Assembly: GCA_048497855.1 (NCBI GenBank)
Contig: JBEHZB010000006.1
Span: forward strand, 108,153 to 172,152
From: Bacteroidota bacterium
GTDB lineage: Bacteria; Bacteroidota; Bacteroidia; Chitinophagales; Chitinophagaceae
DNA: 64,000 bases
Direction of reading: 5' to 3'
Under the pieces are notes generated by a model. The model was not told the DNA's origin, did no database searches, and saw only the letters and a program-made list of their open reading frames with translations. Both the position numbers and the translations under genes were made by a program. Shown here piece after piece: positions 43,440 through 54,200 of the stretch; position 1 is the stretch's first letter, and each line of letters starts with the position of its first letter.

Positions 43440-44210
43440 TTAATTATTTTTTAACAGCGTTTTGTTAAGTATCTCCGTTAATTTTTGCTTGGTGTGTAAA
43501 GGAAAATCACCCCTCATCATCCAATCGTAATACTGTGGTTCTGCTTTCAGCACTTCTATTACAGTTTTCCCCTTGTGTTTACCAAAATTGAATATCTCTA
43601 CACCTTTATCATCAAAACAAAACCTGCGGGCATAATCCACTACTTTATCTTCTCCTATTACAGCTAAAATAGAATCTACACTGTTGCCCAGTTTTTCATA
43701 CCGCTCCAGTTGCGCCATTAATACATCTATTGTTGCTTCTACATCAGCTTCTGCACTGTGTGCATCTACCAGTTCTTTATTACAAAAGAATTTATAGGCT
43801 GCGCTAAGCGTTCTGGGTTCCATGGTATAAAAGATATGCTGCACATCTATCATCTTCTTATTGCTCAGGTCTACATTCAATCCACTCCTTAAAAATTCCT
43901 CCATCAAAATAGGAATATCAAAACGGTTACTGTTATATCCTCCCAGGTCGCAATTGTCGATGAACATCTTTATTTCATTGGCAGCCATTTTGAATGTAGG
44001 TGCATCTTTTACCATTTCATCGGTAATGCCATGAATATCACTGCTTGCTTTGGGTATAGGTATTTGCGGGTTCAGTAGTTTACGCTTTGCCTGGCGGCTG
44101 CCATCGGGCAGTACTTTAATGATCGCTATCTCAATTATTCTGTCTGTAGATAGATTGACCCCGGTAGTTTCAAGGTCGATAAATGCAATTGGGCGAGTTA
44201 AGTTCAACAT
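43440..44210 (-). CDS. DEDDh 3'-5' exonuclease (DNA polymerase III epsilon-like) with C-terminal extension
   Basis: 256-aa ORF with ExoI FIDLETTG, ExoII (NSNRFDIPIL) and ExoIII (HSAEADVEAT) motifs. Confidence 0.8.
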   Translation of the reverse strand: MLNLTRPIAFIDLETTGVNLSTDRIIEIAIIKVLPDGSRQAKRKLLNPQIPIPKASSDIHGITDEMVKDAPTFKMAANEIKMFIDNCDLGGYNSNRFDIPILMEEFLRSGLNVDLSNKKMIDVQHIFYTMEPRTLSAAYKFFCNKELVDAHSAEADVEATIDVLMAQLERYEKLGNSVDSILAVIGEDKVVDYARRFCFDDKGVEIFNFGKHKGKTVIEVLKAEPQYYDWMMRGDFPLHTKQKLTEILNKTLLKNN

Positions 44211-44349
44211 GATTATCTTGGGTTAGCAGGTTATTGGTAATTTTACAGGGCGCAAAGTAATTCATTAGTATATTTCGTCAATTACCGCTGGTAAATTATC
44301 TTTGTCCTAATTATTTGCAATAATAGTTTTTTTTAACTTCAAAAGGAAA

Positions 44350-44466
44350 ATGATGAAAAAAATATTTCTGGTTTTTGCGATCATGGCTGTTACAGTTGCA
44401 GCATTAAGCAGTTGCGGCCCCAGCCGTAAAACCGGGTGCCCTATGACAGAGAAGATCATTCACTAA
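44350..44466 (+). CDS. small lipoprotein candidate (38 aa), below the ORF-track cutoff
   Basis: My own translation is MMKKIFLVFAIMAVTVAALSSCGPSRKTGCPMTEKIIH, a clean lipoprotein signal plus lipobox (LSSC). It ends 20 nt before the ytxJ start. Confidence 0.4.
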   Translation: MMKKIFLVFAIMAVTVAALSSCGPSRKTGCPMTEKIIH

Positions 44467-44486
44467 GAAAAGAGGATTGGTACACA

Positions 44487-44819
44487 ATGAATTGGATAAA
44501 TCTCCAGCAGGAAGAACAGCTAGAACACATAAAGGAATCATCAAAAACAAAACCGCAGGTTATCTTTAAACATAGCTCCCGTTGCTCTATCAGCAGCGTT
44601 GTTAAGAACCGCCTGGAAAACAGTGCCGTACCTCCCGGCATCGACTTCTATTTTCTTGACCTTATCCGTTTCCGGAATATCTCCAATAAAGTTGCCGAAG
44701 ATTTTGCTGTTTATCACGAATCGCCGCAGATCTTACTGATCAAAAATGGTGAATGCACCTACGATGAAAGCCATAGCGGTATCATGATGAGTGAGATAGC
44801 AGAACAGGCAGCGAAATAA
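44487..44819 (+). CDS. ytxJ: bacillithiol-system thioredoxin-like protein YtxJ
   Basis: Start moved to the Met at 44487, giving 110 aa. IFKHSSRCSIS monothiol motif and HESPQILLIKNGECTYDESHSGI match the YtxJ family. Confidence 0.75.
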   Translation: MNWINLQQEEQLEHIKESSKTKPQVIFKHSSRCSISSVVKNRLENSAVPPGIDFYFLDLIRFRNISNKVAEDFAVYHESPQILLIKNGECTYDESHSGIMMSEIAEQAAK

Positions 44820-44863
44820 TGTTGCAACAGTAAGCGCTGCTCTTCAACAATAAAACAATTTAT

Positions 44864-46261
44864 CTATTTAACCATTTTCCAGGAGCCCGCTTTTAACTCC
44901 CACCGCCGTATCTTTTGCGACAGACCGATCAGCAACCCATTGTTCCCCATATATAAAAGCATCAACGGAAACATTTTCAGAAAAGCCCTCTTCACGGTAT
45001 AATCTACGGATACACCCGGTAGTACATGACTTAAGAGAGGAAAAAAAAGATAGATGATCACTATTATGGAGAGATAATTTAAAGCTGTAGCAGTAAACTT
45101 CCGTTTAAAGATCAGTTCTGCTAAAACAAACCCCAGGAAAATAAAAATAAAATAGCCGTAATAGACCACACCCTGCATACTGAAAACAAGAACTGCATTG
45201 GTAGTAGAGTATTGCTGCAGTATTGACTTTACATTTCCCCAATGCGGATTCACCTGGTCTGAAATATTATACGTGCCCGGCAGGTACCAGTTGATATAAA
45301 TATATACAGCAACAACATATACTATTATAACCGGCAACATAAAAACAACAGTTTCTTTCACATATTGCAGCAATCTTTTTTTATGTTTTATTTTATTTAA
45401 AAAGATGACCGGCAAAAGACAAAAGGTCAATAACAATGTTTCTGGACGAATATATGTTGCAATGGCTGCCAGCAAGCCTGCAAAGGCAAGTTCATTGATG
45501 CGCTGGCTTTTAAAATAACTGATAAGAAAATATACCGTAAGAAAAAAGAATACCGCATTACTGTAATCGTACAATATCATGAACGTGTACGCATACATTT
45601 CGGGTATGGCTAAAAACGCAACCAGCAAAAACCCGGCGATCAACCGGTGCAAAGTGGCGCTGAGCATATGATACAGCAGAATGGTGAAACTTACAAAAAC
45701 ACCGCATAACCATATTTGCCCAAAAGAGAAACCTGCAAATTTGTAAATGATCTGAAGACAGGTTATAAAAGGCGGCTTAAGTGTATTGCCGTTTTGCGTG
45801 AGTTCAAAAACGCTGTTGATCATGGTATGTTCACGAACTGTATATTCTGCAATGGCTTCTGCACCGGTAGTTACATCACTGGGTGTGGGTGGAAAATAAA
45901 AGCATCTCCATATACTGAGCAAAACAATACAACCGATCAATAAAAGAAACGGCACTTCATAAAGTGCTGTTTTAAAACGTATATTTTTACAACTCTGTTT
46001 AAGGTTTTTTAAGCCGGCAGCAAAGCGTATGTTCAATAATAATGTTGCAGCAAGCAATGAAGCAAATACACTAATAAAAGTAATGGGTATATAAGCAAGC
46101 TGCAGCAAAAAAGGGATAACAGAAAAAACAGCAATGCCCATTAAAACTGATAATGGAAGAATAAATGCCGGTTTAAGCTCTAATTTAAATAAAGTGATAA
46201 CACCCCAGCCGGCCAGTAATTGCAACAGCAGTAAAAGAATAATAACCAACGGGATGACCAT
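44864..46261 (-). CDS. polytopic membrane protein, possible GT-C (ArnT/PMT-like) glycosyltransferase
   Basis: 465-aa ORF with at least 10 predicted TM helices and one larger loop (residues about 125-160). The architecture resembles GT-C enzymes, but I cannot point to a diagnostic motif. Confidence 0.4.
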   Translation of the reverse strand: MVIPLVIILLLLLQLLAGWGVITLFKLELKPAFILPLSVLMGIAVFSVIPFLLQLAYIPITFISVFASLLAATLLLNIRFAAGLKNLKQSCKNIRFKTALYEVPFLLLIGCIVLLSIWRCFYFPPTPSDVTTGAEAIAEYTVREHTMINSVFELTQNGNTLKPPFITCLQIIYKFAGFSFGQIWLCGVFVSFTILLYHMLSATLHRLIAGFLLVAFLAIPEMYAYTFMILYDYSNAVFFFLTVYFLISYFKSQRINELAFAGLLAAIATYIRPETLLLTFCLLPVIFLNKIKHKKRLLQYVKETVVFMLPVIIVYVVAVYIYINWYLPGTYNISDQVNPHWGNVKSILQQYSTTNAVLVFSMQGVVYYGYFIFIFLGFVLAELIFKRKFTATALNYLSIIVIIYLFFPLLSHVLPGVSVDYTVKRAFLKMFPLMLLYMGNNGLLIGLSQKIRRWELKAGSWKMVK

Positions 46262-46271
46262 ACTGAATGTA

Positions 46272-46823
46272 TTATTTTTTGAAAGCTGTAATCGTATCTT
46301 TTAATGCAGCACTATTGGTTACACTATCAATACTTAATTTCTTTTCGTGCACAGTTACAAACCAATTTGCCTTCGCTGCGGTACTATCGCCTGGCCAAAC
46401 TGTTTTAAGCCCGGTTAAATAGTAAAAGGTAACCGGCTCCGGCACATGATAGCTAACTCCATATCGTTTAAAATAGGCTTCTGAAGGAACCAGTACCAGC
46501 ACCTGTTTTGCTATTCCTTTCTTTTCAAAAAGATCAGCAATGAATTTAGAATAGGTGTATTCTGCACCAAAGCGTTTTGCTTTGCGTTGCTCAAACGATA
46601 ATTGTTTACGCTGCACCCGAAAATCGTTCCAATAGCCAATTACCTTTTCTTTATACCATTTTTTATTGGCAGGTAAAAGAAAGAAAAGGAAGAGTAAGGC
46701 AATGGCTGTAAGAAATAAGATAAGCTTCTTTGAAGTGCGGCTAAGCGTAATTGAAAACAAGCGCCGCTTATTTTTCCTTTGCTGAGGCGTATTTAATGAA
46801 ACAACTTCCTGTTCGTTCTCCAT
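46272..46823 (-). CDS. hypothetical single-pass membrane protein
   Basis: 183-aa ORF with a basic N-terminus, one TM (LILFLTAIALLFLFFLL) and a soluble C-domain. It sits 10 nt upstream (in transcription order) of the GT-C-like gene on the same strand. Confidence 0.5.
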   Translation of the reverse strand: MENEQEVVSLNTPQQRKNKRRLFSITLSRTSKKLILFLTAIALLFLFFLLPANKKWYKEKVIGYWNDFRVQRKQLSFEQRKAKRFGAEYTYSKFIADLFEKKGIAKQVLVLVPSEAYFKRYGVSYHVPEPVTFYYLTGLKTVWPGDSTAAKANWFVTVHEKKLSIDSVTNSAALKDTITAFKK

Positions 46824-47099
46824 CGTATTATTAAGCGGCTTTAAAAATGCAATAATAAATGAAATCAGACATTATCTATTCATATTTTTCATTCCTGTTG
46901 TCCGATAGGCAAACATCTATGACAGAAAAAAAACGAAAACTATATAACGCTGAAAGTACTGTAAACATTAAGTTGCAGGGCCTAATAGAAACCAAGTTGA
47001 GTGTATTTGCTTTATATGCTACTTCGCAGTATCGGTAAAGCAACAGCAACGTTTATATTAACAGTTTTGAATATCGCGGTGGTGATGCGGTATATAAAC

Positions 47100-48053
47100 T
47101 CAATCCGCAGTGATGCGGTAGATCACTTCAAAAGCAATACGCTCATCTTTTTCAAGTGTTATCGCTCCCATCCCGTTATTAAAAGCATCAGGTACGCTGC
47201 TTAAATTTTCGATAGCGATACTGTTGCGGTGCGGCGGTGTGTAGATCTGCAGGTAAGGATAATTTTCTACCGCAATTATTTCCAGCCGTATCTTTTTATC
47301 ATCGCTGGATAAAACACAGGCCGGCTCATTTTCTTTTTGTTCTAAAACAAAACAATTATCCAGGAAAGTATCCCCGATAGGCCTTGCAATATTGAATGTG
47401 GTATAAGGCAGTAATTTACCCGTTGGTACCAGGCCTTCATCAAACTCAACAATAGATGCTGCATTGAACTGCAATTGCAGGTTGTTGATACTTCCACCTA
47501 AAGTGAAATAGGGATGCCATCCATCCTGTATCGGCAGGCGCCCGTTTGTCCTGTTGATCACTTCTGTTCGTACCGAAAGTTCATTATCATATTGTAAGCC
47601 ATAAGTAACAATACAATCGTAATGAAAAGGATAACCTTCCTGCGATCCACGATAGGCATATTGCATTGTTACCCAAGCAACATTTTCGTCTGCACCCGTT
47701 GCCAGTACTTCAAAAGGCTGATCGTATAATAAGCCGTGGATAGCATGATCGCCCAACTTAAATTTCGTGATCTGATATTCCTGTTCTTCAAAACTATATT
47801 TGCCCTGTCGCAAACGGCACACAAAAGGAGAAAGCTTGCTGCTCCTGAACCCTTTGGCAGTAAGGTTTTCAGCAATATCAGCAGCATTTTCGTAGCTGTC
47901 AATAACACTTATCTTTTCCTTATCTTTTACAATGGAAAAAGAATGCAGCATGGCGCCCCACTCGGGCAGTACTTCTGCCACAGTACCTGTTACGTCATCT
48001 GATAAGATGATCTTATTAAATCCCTGGTTGTAAACTGTGTTAACCGAGAACAT
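47100..48053 (-). CDS. aldose 1-epimerase (galactose mutarotase-like) family protein
   Basis: 317-aa ORF with a beta-sandwich mutarotase-like pattern (HGLLY.., GYPF.., DGWHPYF, ENYPYLQIYTP). Confidence 0.75.
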   Translation of the reverse strand: MFSVNTVYNQGFNKIILSDDVTGTVAEVLPEWGAMLHSFSIVKDKEKISVIDSYENAADIAENLTAKGFRSSKLSPFVCRLRQGKYSFEEQEYQITKFKLGDHAIHGLLYDQPFEVLATGADENVAWVTMQYAYRGSQEGYPFHYDCIVTYGLQYDNELSVRTEVINRTNGRLPIQDGWHPYFTLGGSINNLQLQFNAASIVEFDEGLVPTGKLLPYTTFNIARPIGDTFLDNCFVLEQKENEPACVLSSDDKKIRLEIIAVENYPYLQIYTPPHRNSIAIENLSSVPDAFNNGMGAITLEKDERIAFEVIYRITAD

Positions 48054-48152
48054 GTTATGATAAGGAGTTAATGAATTTTAAAGATACGGCTCATAATCTG
48101 TAATTTTTACTGCAGCGCCGTTGTTTTGAATTTTAATTGCAACAGCAAATGA

Positions 48153-51059
48153 TCAGGCATGATTATTATTGCCGTTCTCCGATTCTATCTTCACTAAAAA
48201 ATCAAAAAGATTTTTTTCGGTAGGTATCTGCAGCTTCTTTCGGAGGCGATACCGGCTTATCTCTACCCCACGTACCGAAATGTTCATCAGCTGTGCGATC
48301 TCTTTGGTAGAAAGGTTCATGCGCAGGTATGCCGACAGCTTCAATTCGTTAGAACTCAAAGAAGGATATTTTGTTTTTAATGCCGAGAGAAAATCGCTGT
48401 GCACATTATCAAAGTGCATGGTAAACTGTTCCCACTGCTTATCGATCTTATCTTCATCACTTATTACACGGATGATCTTCTTCAGGTCATCCGAATCTTT
48501 TTCGCTCTCTGCGTGCCGTTTTAATTTAACCATCTGGTCCTTTATCTTACCCAGCAGTTCTCCTTTCTGTACCAGGTGCATGGCTACAGAAGCCAGTTCG
48601 GTATTCTTATGCTGTATCTCTGCCTCCAGTTTTTCATTTTTCAGCTTCACGATCTCTTTATCCGTTTTTTCCAGTTCCAGCTGGTGCAGGTACAACAACC
48701 GCTTCTGCTCTTCTTCGTGCCGTTGCTGCTGCGCTTTAAATTTTCGCTGCAACAGTACATATAATATATATACACCGCAAAGGAACAGCAGCACATAACA
48801 GGCCCTTGCCCAAATGGTTTGATACCAGGGAGGCAGTACTTTAAAATTATAAACAGCTGCTTCCGATTCATTACCAAGGTTATTTCTCGCTTTTACTTTA
48901 AAGGTGTAATCGCCTGCGGGAAGATTGGTATATTCTTTTTCTGTTTTCCCCGAAAACTCCGACCACTTTTCATCAAAGCCCTGTAAGAAATAGCTGTACT
49001 CTATATTGGACTGCTGCGCATATACCGGCGATGCAAATTCAAAATGAAAAGAGTTCCATGAATGGCTTACTTTATTTTTCCTGATGATTGATTTGGCTTC
49101 ATTTACCTCACCTGCATACCCTCCAAACAGCAGGCTGTCTTTTTTATTGATCGCTTTTACCGCGGTGATCTGTACCTGCAAAGGGTATTTTATCTTTTTG
49201 TACTGCTCGTAATTGATATGATAAAAACCTTTTTCGCCGCCAATAAAAATATTGTTCTTATTTACCGGGTAAATATGTTCGAAGCCGCTAACGAATTTAT
49301 TGGTAAGCTCGGGAAAGTAGATGAGATGAGGCTTTGACCCGGACAGATCTACCACACCCAATATCTTATCAAATACAAACCAGATATTGCCTGCACCATC
49401 TTCTTTTAAATACCGTATGCTTTTTTTAGGAAAGAGTTCATTATAAAATGCAGAAGGTTCAAATTCATCCTTCACATCGCTGTATTCAAAAATGCCATTT
49501 TCAGTAGTGAGTATGATACGGTTCTTTACCTTAAAAATATAATTGCCATTGGGAGATTGCACGCCCTGCTGCAATGAATAGTATTTAGTAACAGGAACAT
49601 TATCTTTCAGCTGCACCCTGTAAATGCCTTTGTATGGATGCGCTATCCAGATGTTGTTATTATCAATGCATACAAACCTTGCTGATTCAAAATGGGCAAC
49701 AACATTTTTATTGGTAAATGCACCGTCTTTGTAATCATAAAAATTAATACCCTGGTAAGTACCGGCTATCATTACAGAAGAAGGCAGTACATTGAAATAC
49801 GGAAGAAAGGTCCAGAAGCCGGAACTGTTATCAATAGCTTTGGCTGTATTATTATCAATAACAAAAGCGCCGTCGTGGTGACCCATCAGCAGTTTGCCGT
49901 TTACTTCAGATAAATTCCACACCTGCCCTTTTGTATTATTTACCGGTGTAAACACACCTTTTATATAGCTCAGATCTTTCTCATCGTAAAGCTGCGTTTT
50001 ATATAAGCCATTGGAAGTGCCGATATACAATTCATTATTAAAGATACAGGACGCATAGCCCGAACCTTCATTAAGATAATCCGGGTAAATATGTTTAACA
50101 GCATTATTATACGCTATGAAATCAATGCCATTATCAAGCCCCAGCCAGAGATTTTTTTCCCTGTCCAAAAAAACATCCAGTATATTATTATTCTGCAGCC
50201 CTTCTTTGCGTGAAAATTTTTGTACGAGGTTTCCTTTTTTATCAATGATATAACAGCCATCAAGGTTGGTAGTAAGGGCAATATGGTTATCATTTACCAT
50301 TACCGAAGAAGAGATGTGCATTTCATTAACATTATCCAGGAAAGCCGAACGCATTTTGGTAACTACTGTTCCTGCAACTAAATACACTCCATTCTTTACC
50401 GTAGTAAGGATGGCGCTGTCTTGCCCGATGGTGGTCATTGATGTGGCAAAGTAATCAGCAGGCAATTCGCTTTTGGTTATAAAAGGCGCCCAGATGCCGT
50501 TCTCGAAACTAAGCAGCCCCTTATCAAAATCCTGCGCTATAAGCCTGTTGTTGGATAATGTGATGAAGCGCCAGTGCACGCTATTATATATGCTGCAATG
50601 TTTACCGTTTACCTGGTATATCTTGTTACTGGTTTGAAAGAATATCCAGTCCCGGTAAAAATAGATCTCCCACACATCAGTAAAGGAACGTTCTTCGGGG
50701 GGAAGGATATCTTTCATAGAATGATAGACCAAGGCGCCGTTCTCGCCTGGAGAAAAATAACCGAACTCGTCCTGGCCCCCAACATAAAGTTTATTATCGG
50801 GCCCAAATTCCAGCGATCGCACGATACTGTTGTTGGGAAGCGGGTAGGTTTTCCAGTTGATACCATCGAAAGTAACAACACCTTCACTATTGGCAAAATA
50901 GAGAATGCCCTTTTTATCCTGCCGTATCTGGCGGTTCTGTGCACCTGCTTTATAGAATTGTTTGGAATAGTTGATAATATCGGGCAGGCCGATGGTATTT
51001 TGAGAAAAGCAAAGTGCTGGAAACCAATTGTATAAAATGAGCAAAAAGGCCTTCTTCAT
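48153..51059 (-). CDS. transmembrane one-component regulator: two-component-regulator propeller repeats + Y_Y_Y domain + TM + coiled coil + LuxR/GerE HTH
   Basis: 968-aa ORF with a signal peptide and long beta-propeller repeat region. It has a Y_Y_Y-like Ig domain (EYSYFLQGFDEKWSE..YTFKVKARN), a TM (ACYVLLFLCGVYILYVLL), a coiled coil and a C-terminal HTH (LSSNELKLSAYLRMNLSTKEIAQLMNISVRGVEISRYRLRKKL). Confidence 0.85.
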   Translation of the reverse strand: MKKAFLLILYNWFPALCFSQNTIGLPDIINYSKQFYKAGAQNRQIRQDKKGILYFANSEGVVTFDGINWKTYPLPNNSIVRSLEFGPDNKLYVGGQDEFGYFSPGENGALVYHSMKDILPPEERSFTDVWEIYFYRDWIFFQTSNKIYQVNGKHCSIYNSVHWRFITLSNNRLIAQDFDKGLLSFENGIWAPFITKSELPADYFATSMTTIGQDSAILTTVKNGVYLVAGTVVTKMRSAFLDNVNEMHISSSVMVNDNHIALTTNLDGCYIIDKKGNLVQKFSRKEGLQNNNILDVFLDREKNLWLGLDNGIDFIAYNNAVKHIYPDYLNEGSGYASCIFNNELYIGTSNGLYKTQLYDEKDLSYIKGVFTPVNNTKGQVWNLSEVNGKLLMGHHDGAFVIDNNTAKAIDNSSGFWTFLPYFNVLPSSVMIAGTYQGINFYDYKDGAFTNKNVVAHFESARFVCIDNNNIWIAHPYKGIYRVQLKDNVPVTKYYSLQQGVQSPNGNYIFKVKNRIILTTENGIFEYSDVKDEFEPSAFYNELFPKKSIRYLKEDGAGNIWFVFDKILGVVDLSGSKPHLIYFPELTNKFVSGFEHIYPVNKNNIFIGGEKGFYHINYEQYKKIKYPLQVQITAVKAINKKDSLLFGGYAGEVNEAKSIIRKNKVSHSWNSFHFEFASPVYAQQSNIEYSYFLQGFDEKWSEFSGKTEKEYTNLPAGDYTFKVKARNNLGNESEAAVYNFKVLPPWYQTIWARACYVLLFLCGVYILYVLLQRKFKAQQQRHEEEQKRLLYLHQLELEKTDKEIVKLKNEKLEAEIQHKNTELASVAMHLVQKGELLGKIKDQMVKLKRHAESEKDSDDLKKIIRVISDEDKIDKQWEQFTMHFDNVHSDFLSALKTKYPSLSSNELKLSAYLRMNLSTKEIAQLMNISVRGVEISRYRLRKKLQIPTEKNLFDFLVKIESENGNNNHA

Positions 51060-51092
51060 TTCAGATAAAGTTGGATGTGAAAGTAAGAAAAT

Positions 51093-51173
51093 TTAAATGA
51101 TGTAGTAATGAAGTGGTGAAAATAGCTTAAAAACTGTGTTTTTGTGCTTAATGATGTAGTAGTGATGTATATG
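51093..51173 (+). promoter_or_regulatory. direct repeat pair upstream of the beta-glucan SusC, candidate operator for the adjacent LuxR-HTH regulator
   Basis: The copies are ttaaatgatgtagtaatgaagtggtg (51093-51118) and cttaatgatgtagtagtgatgtatatg (51147-51173). The shared 12-mer aatgatgtagta is spaced 54 bp apart. The pair sits in the divergent intergenic region between the regulator and SusC. Confidence 0.4.
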
Positions 51174-51246
51174 TTTTTTAGTGCTTTGAGCAATTAGCCA
51201 TTACTTTTACGATGCTATTTTTCTTTTCAAAACTAAACGACTGCAT

Positions 51247-54200
51247 ATGAAAAAAACTGCTATTTTGCTATGCGTACTATTCGGCATGATCGTCTTTCAG
51301 CATGCCAGGGCACAAAGTTTTTCCGTTTCAGGAAAAATTACCTCACAAACAAATAATGAGCCCCTTGCCGGGGTTACCGTTTCGGTAAAAGGCAGCTCCA
51401 CCGTAACCGTTACAGATAAAGAAGGTAACTACACCATTACTGTACCCGGTAAAGGATCGGTGTTATCCTTTTCTTACACCGGTATGGCAACCAGGGAAAT
51501 GGTTGTTAATGCCCCGGGGTTTCAAAACGTAGGCCTGGTACAGGTAAACGGTACACTCGATGAAGTGGTGATCATTGGTTATGGTCAGCAAAAGAAAAGC
51601 CTGGTAACAGGGGCTATCTCTTCTGTTAAGGCCGATCAGCTGAACACTGTTTCCAATACCCGGATAGAACAGGCTCTCCAGGGCAGGGTGTCCGGTGTAT
51701 CCATCAGCCCGCAATCAGGGCAACCCGGCGCCGGTCTCAGCGTAAAGATCAGGGGTACGGCTTCTAACCGCAATACCGATCCGCTCTATGTTATTGATGG
51801 TATCAAATCGGGTGGTATCGAATCGCTCGACCCTTCTGAAATCGCTTCGATAGAAATATTGAAGGATGGCGCTTCTGCCGCTATCTATGGTTCCGAAGGT
51901 TCTAATGGTGTAATTATCATTACTACCAAAAGCGGAAGGAAGAATGCTCCCGGCGAGATCACTTTCTCTTCTCAATACGGCACACAATCCGTAAAGGACG
52001 ATTATATTAAAATGATGAATGCACCGCAATACCAGCAGTATTTAACTGAAGCCGGTGTAGCCAATGCGCCAACCCCTGCTGATGTTTCAGCAGTTGGCAA
52101 CGGCACCAACTGGCTGAAAGAAACGATACAGACAGCGCCGCAACAACATCATACTTTATCATTCAGCGGCGGCAATGATAAATCCAATTATTTTCTCAGC
52201 GGAAATATATTTACCCAGGATGGTATTGTGGGCGGTGCGAAGGCACAGTTCAAACGTTATACTGTTCGTCTCAACAGCGATCATAAAGTAAAACCGTGGC
52301 TTACTGTTGGGGAAAGGGTATCTTTTGCACACCATACACGTAAAGCCATTTCTGATAATACAGAATTTGGTTCTATACTCAGCAGCGCTGTGGTAATGGA
52401 TCCGCTTACACCGGTTACCTATACCGGCACTTTACCAACATTTGTGCAAAATGCCATTGCTGCAGGCAAGCCGCTGCGCAAGGATGAGAATGGTAATTAT
52501 TATGGTATTTCCAATTTCTTAAAAGGTGAATACGGAAACCCTATAGCAAGGATAGATATGGCGCATGGGCAAAACATTCAGAATAAAGTTTTTGCCAACG
52601 TATATGCAGATGTTGAGCCTTTCAAAGGATTCAAGTTCACTACACGTTTTGGTGTAGATGCTGCTTTCCAGACAGGACACGGCTGGACACCAACCTTCTG
52701 GTTCTCGGATGAAAGCCAGAACACTGTTGCCAACGGCTACGATTACAGCGACACCTGGACAAGCTGGCTGCTGGAAAACTTTGCTACTTACACCCGCAAG
52801 TTTGGCAATCATAATTTTGTATTGCTTGCAGGTGCTTCTCAACAAAAAAATCATGAAGTGCATATCGGCGGCAGCTATTCCGGTTTGTTCAAAGAAGAAG
52901 ATAAATTCTCTTATGCCGATTATGTACCTGATGCAAATGACAGGATAGGAAGTGTTGCCTTTGATATAACAGGTGCTTCTTTTTACGGGCGTCTTACTTA
53001 TGATTACCTGGGTAAATACCTGTTCAATGCATCGGTAAGAAGAGATGGCTCTTCCAAGCTTCCTGAAAATAACCGCTGGCAAACTTTCCCTTCTTTCTCT
53101 GCGGGCTGGGTATTTACAAAAGAAGATTTCTTTCCGCAAAGCCTTGCCGGCAAGGTTAATTATGGTAAACTGCGTGCAAGCTGGGGACAGAATGGCGGCG
53201 TAGGAAGCCTTGGCCTGGCAGATTACCTGAATGCAGTTGGCGCAGGTATGATTTATCCTGACGGCAATGGCGGTTTCATTGTAGGCGCTGCTCCTACCCG
53301 TTTGCCTAACGATGAATTGAGATGGGAAAACGGTGAGCAATATGATATAGGTACAGACCTTGCTTTCTTAGGCAACCGCCTCACCTTTAGTGCTGACTAT
53401 TATAAAAAAACAACCAAAGGCCTTTTGACCGGCGGTGTGCCTCCAATATTTGTAGGTAATTATTTAACTACTGTAAATGCAGGCGAGGTACAAAACAAAG
53501 GTTGGGAATTTGAACTGAGCTATAAGAATTTCCCTAAACAAAACCAATTGGGTTATGAAGTAGGCGGTAATATTTCATTTAACCAAAACAAAGTAACCTA
53601 TCTCGATCCTAACTCCCCTGTGCTGCCAGGTGCAGCTATCGGTACCGGGTGGACAGCTACTTCCTCTACCGTAGGTGAACCCCTCTGGTATTTTAATGGG
53701 TATAAAACAGATGGTATCTTTCAAACACAGGCGCAGATAAATGATTACGTAACAAAGAACGGCCTCACCGGTTATACACCACAACCCGGCGATCCTATCG
53801 TGATAGATGTGAACGGTGATAAGATCATCTCCCCTGCGGATATGACAAAGATCGGCAGTCCTCATCCTAAATTCATTTATGGCGGCCACGTTAATCTTAC
53901 CTACAAAGGATTCGACTTCCTGGTATTTGTACAGGGCCAGGCCGGTAATGATATGCTGATGGGCTTCAACCGTACTGACCGCTCTACTGCCAACAAACCT
54001 GAATTCTTTTTTACCGACCGCTGGACCGGTGCCAACAGCACCAATATCTGGTTCCGTGCAAACACTACCAATCCTTATATCTATAACAGCGACCTGATGG
54101 TGTTTAACGGTTCATTCATGAGGATACGTCAATTGCAGTTAGGCTATACTTTTCCAACACACCTGCTGAGCAAAATAAGATCGAAGAGCGCAAGGATATA

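Noticed and set aside
48169-48798. 209-aa ORF antisense to the C-terminus of the Y_Y_Y/LuxR regulator
   Set aside because: It lies opposite the coiled-coil/HTH coding region. The S/F/C-rich low-complexity translation is an artefact of the K/E-rich sense frame.
52519-53340. 273-aa ORF antisense within the second SusC gene (plus other short antisense ORFs in 51463-53889)
   Set aside because: The SusC frame carries the diagnostic plug and barrel motifs across the whole region, and the antisense product has no features.
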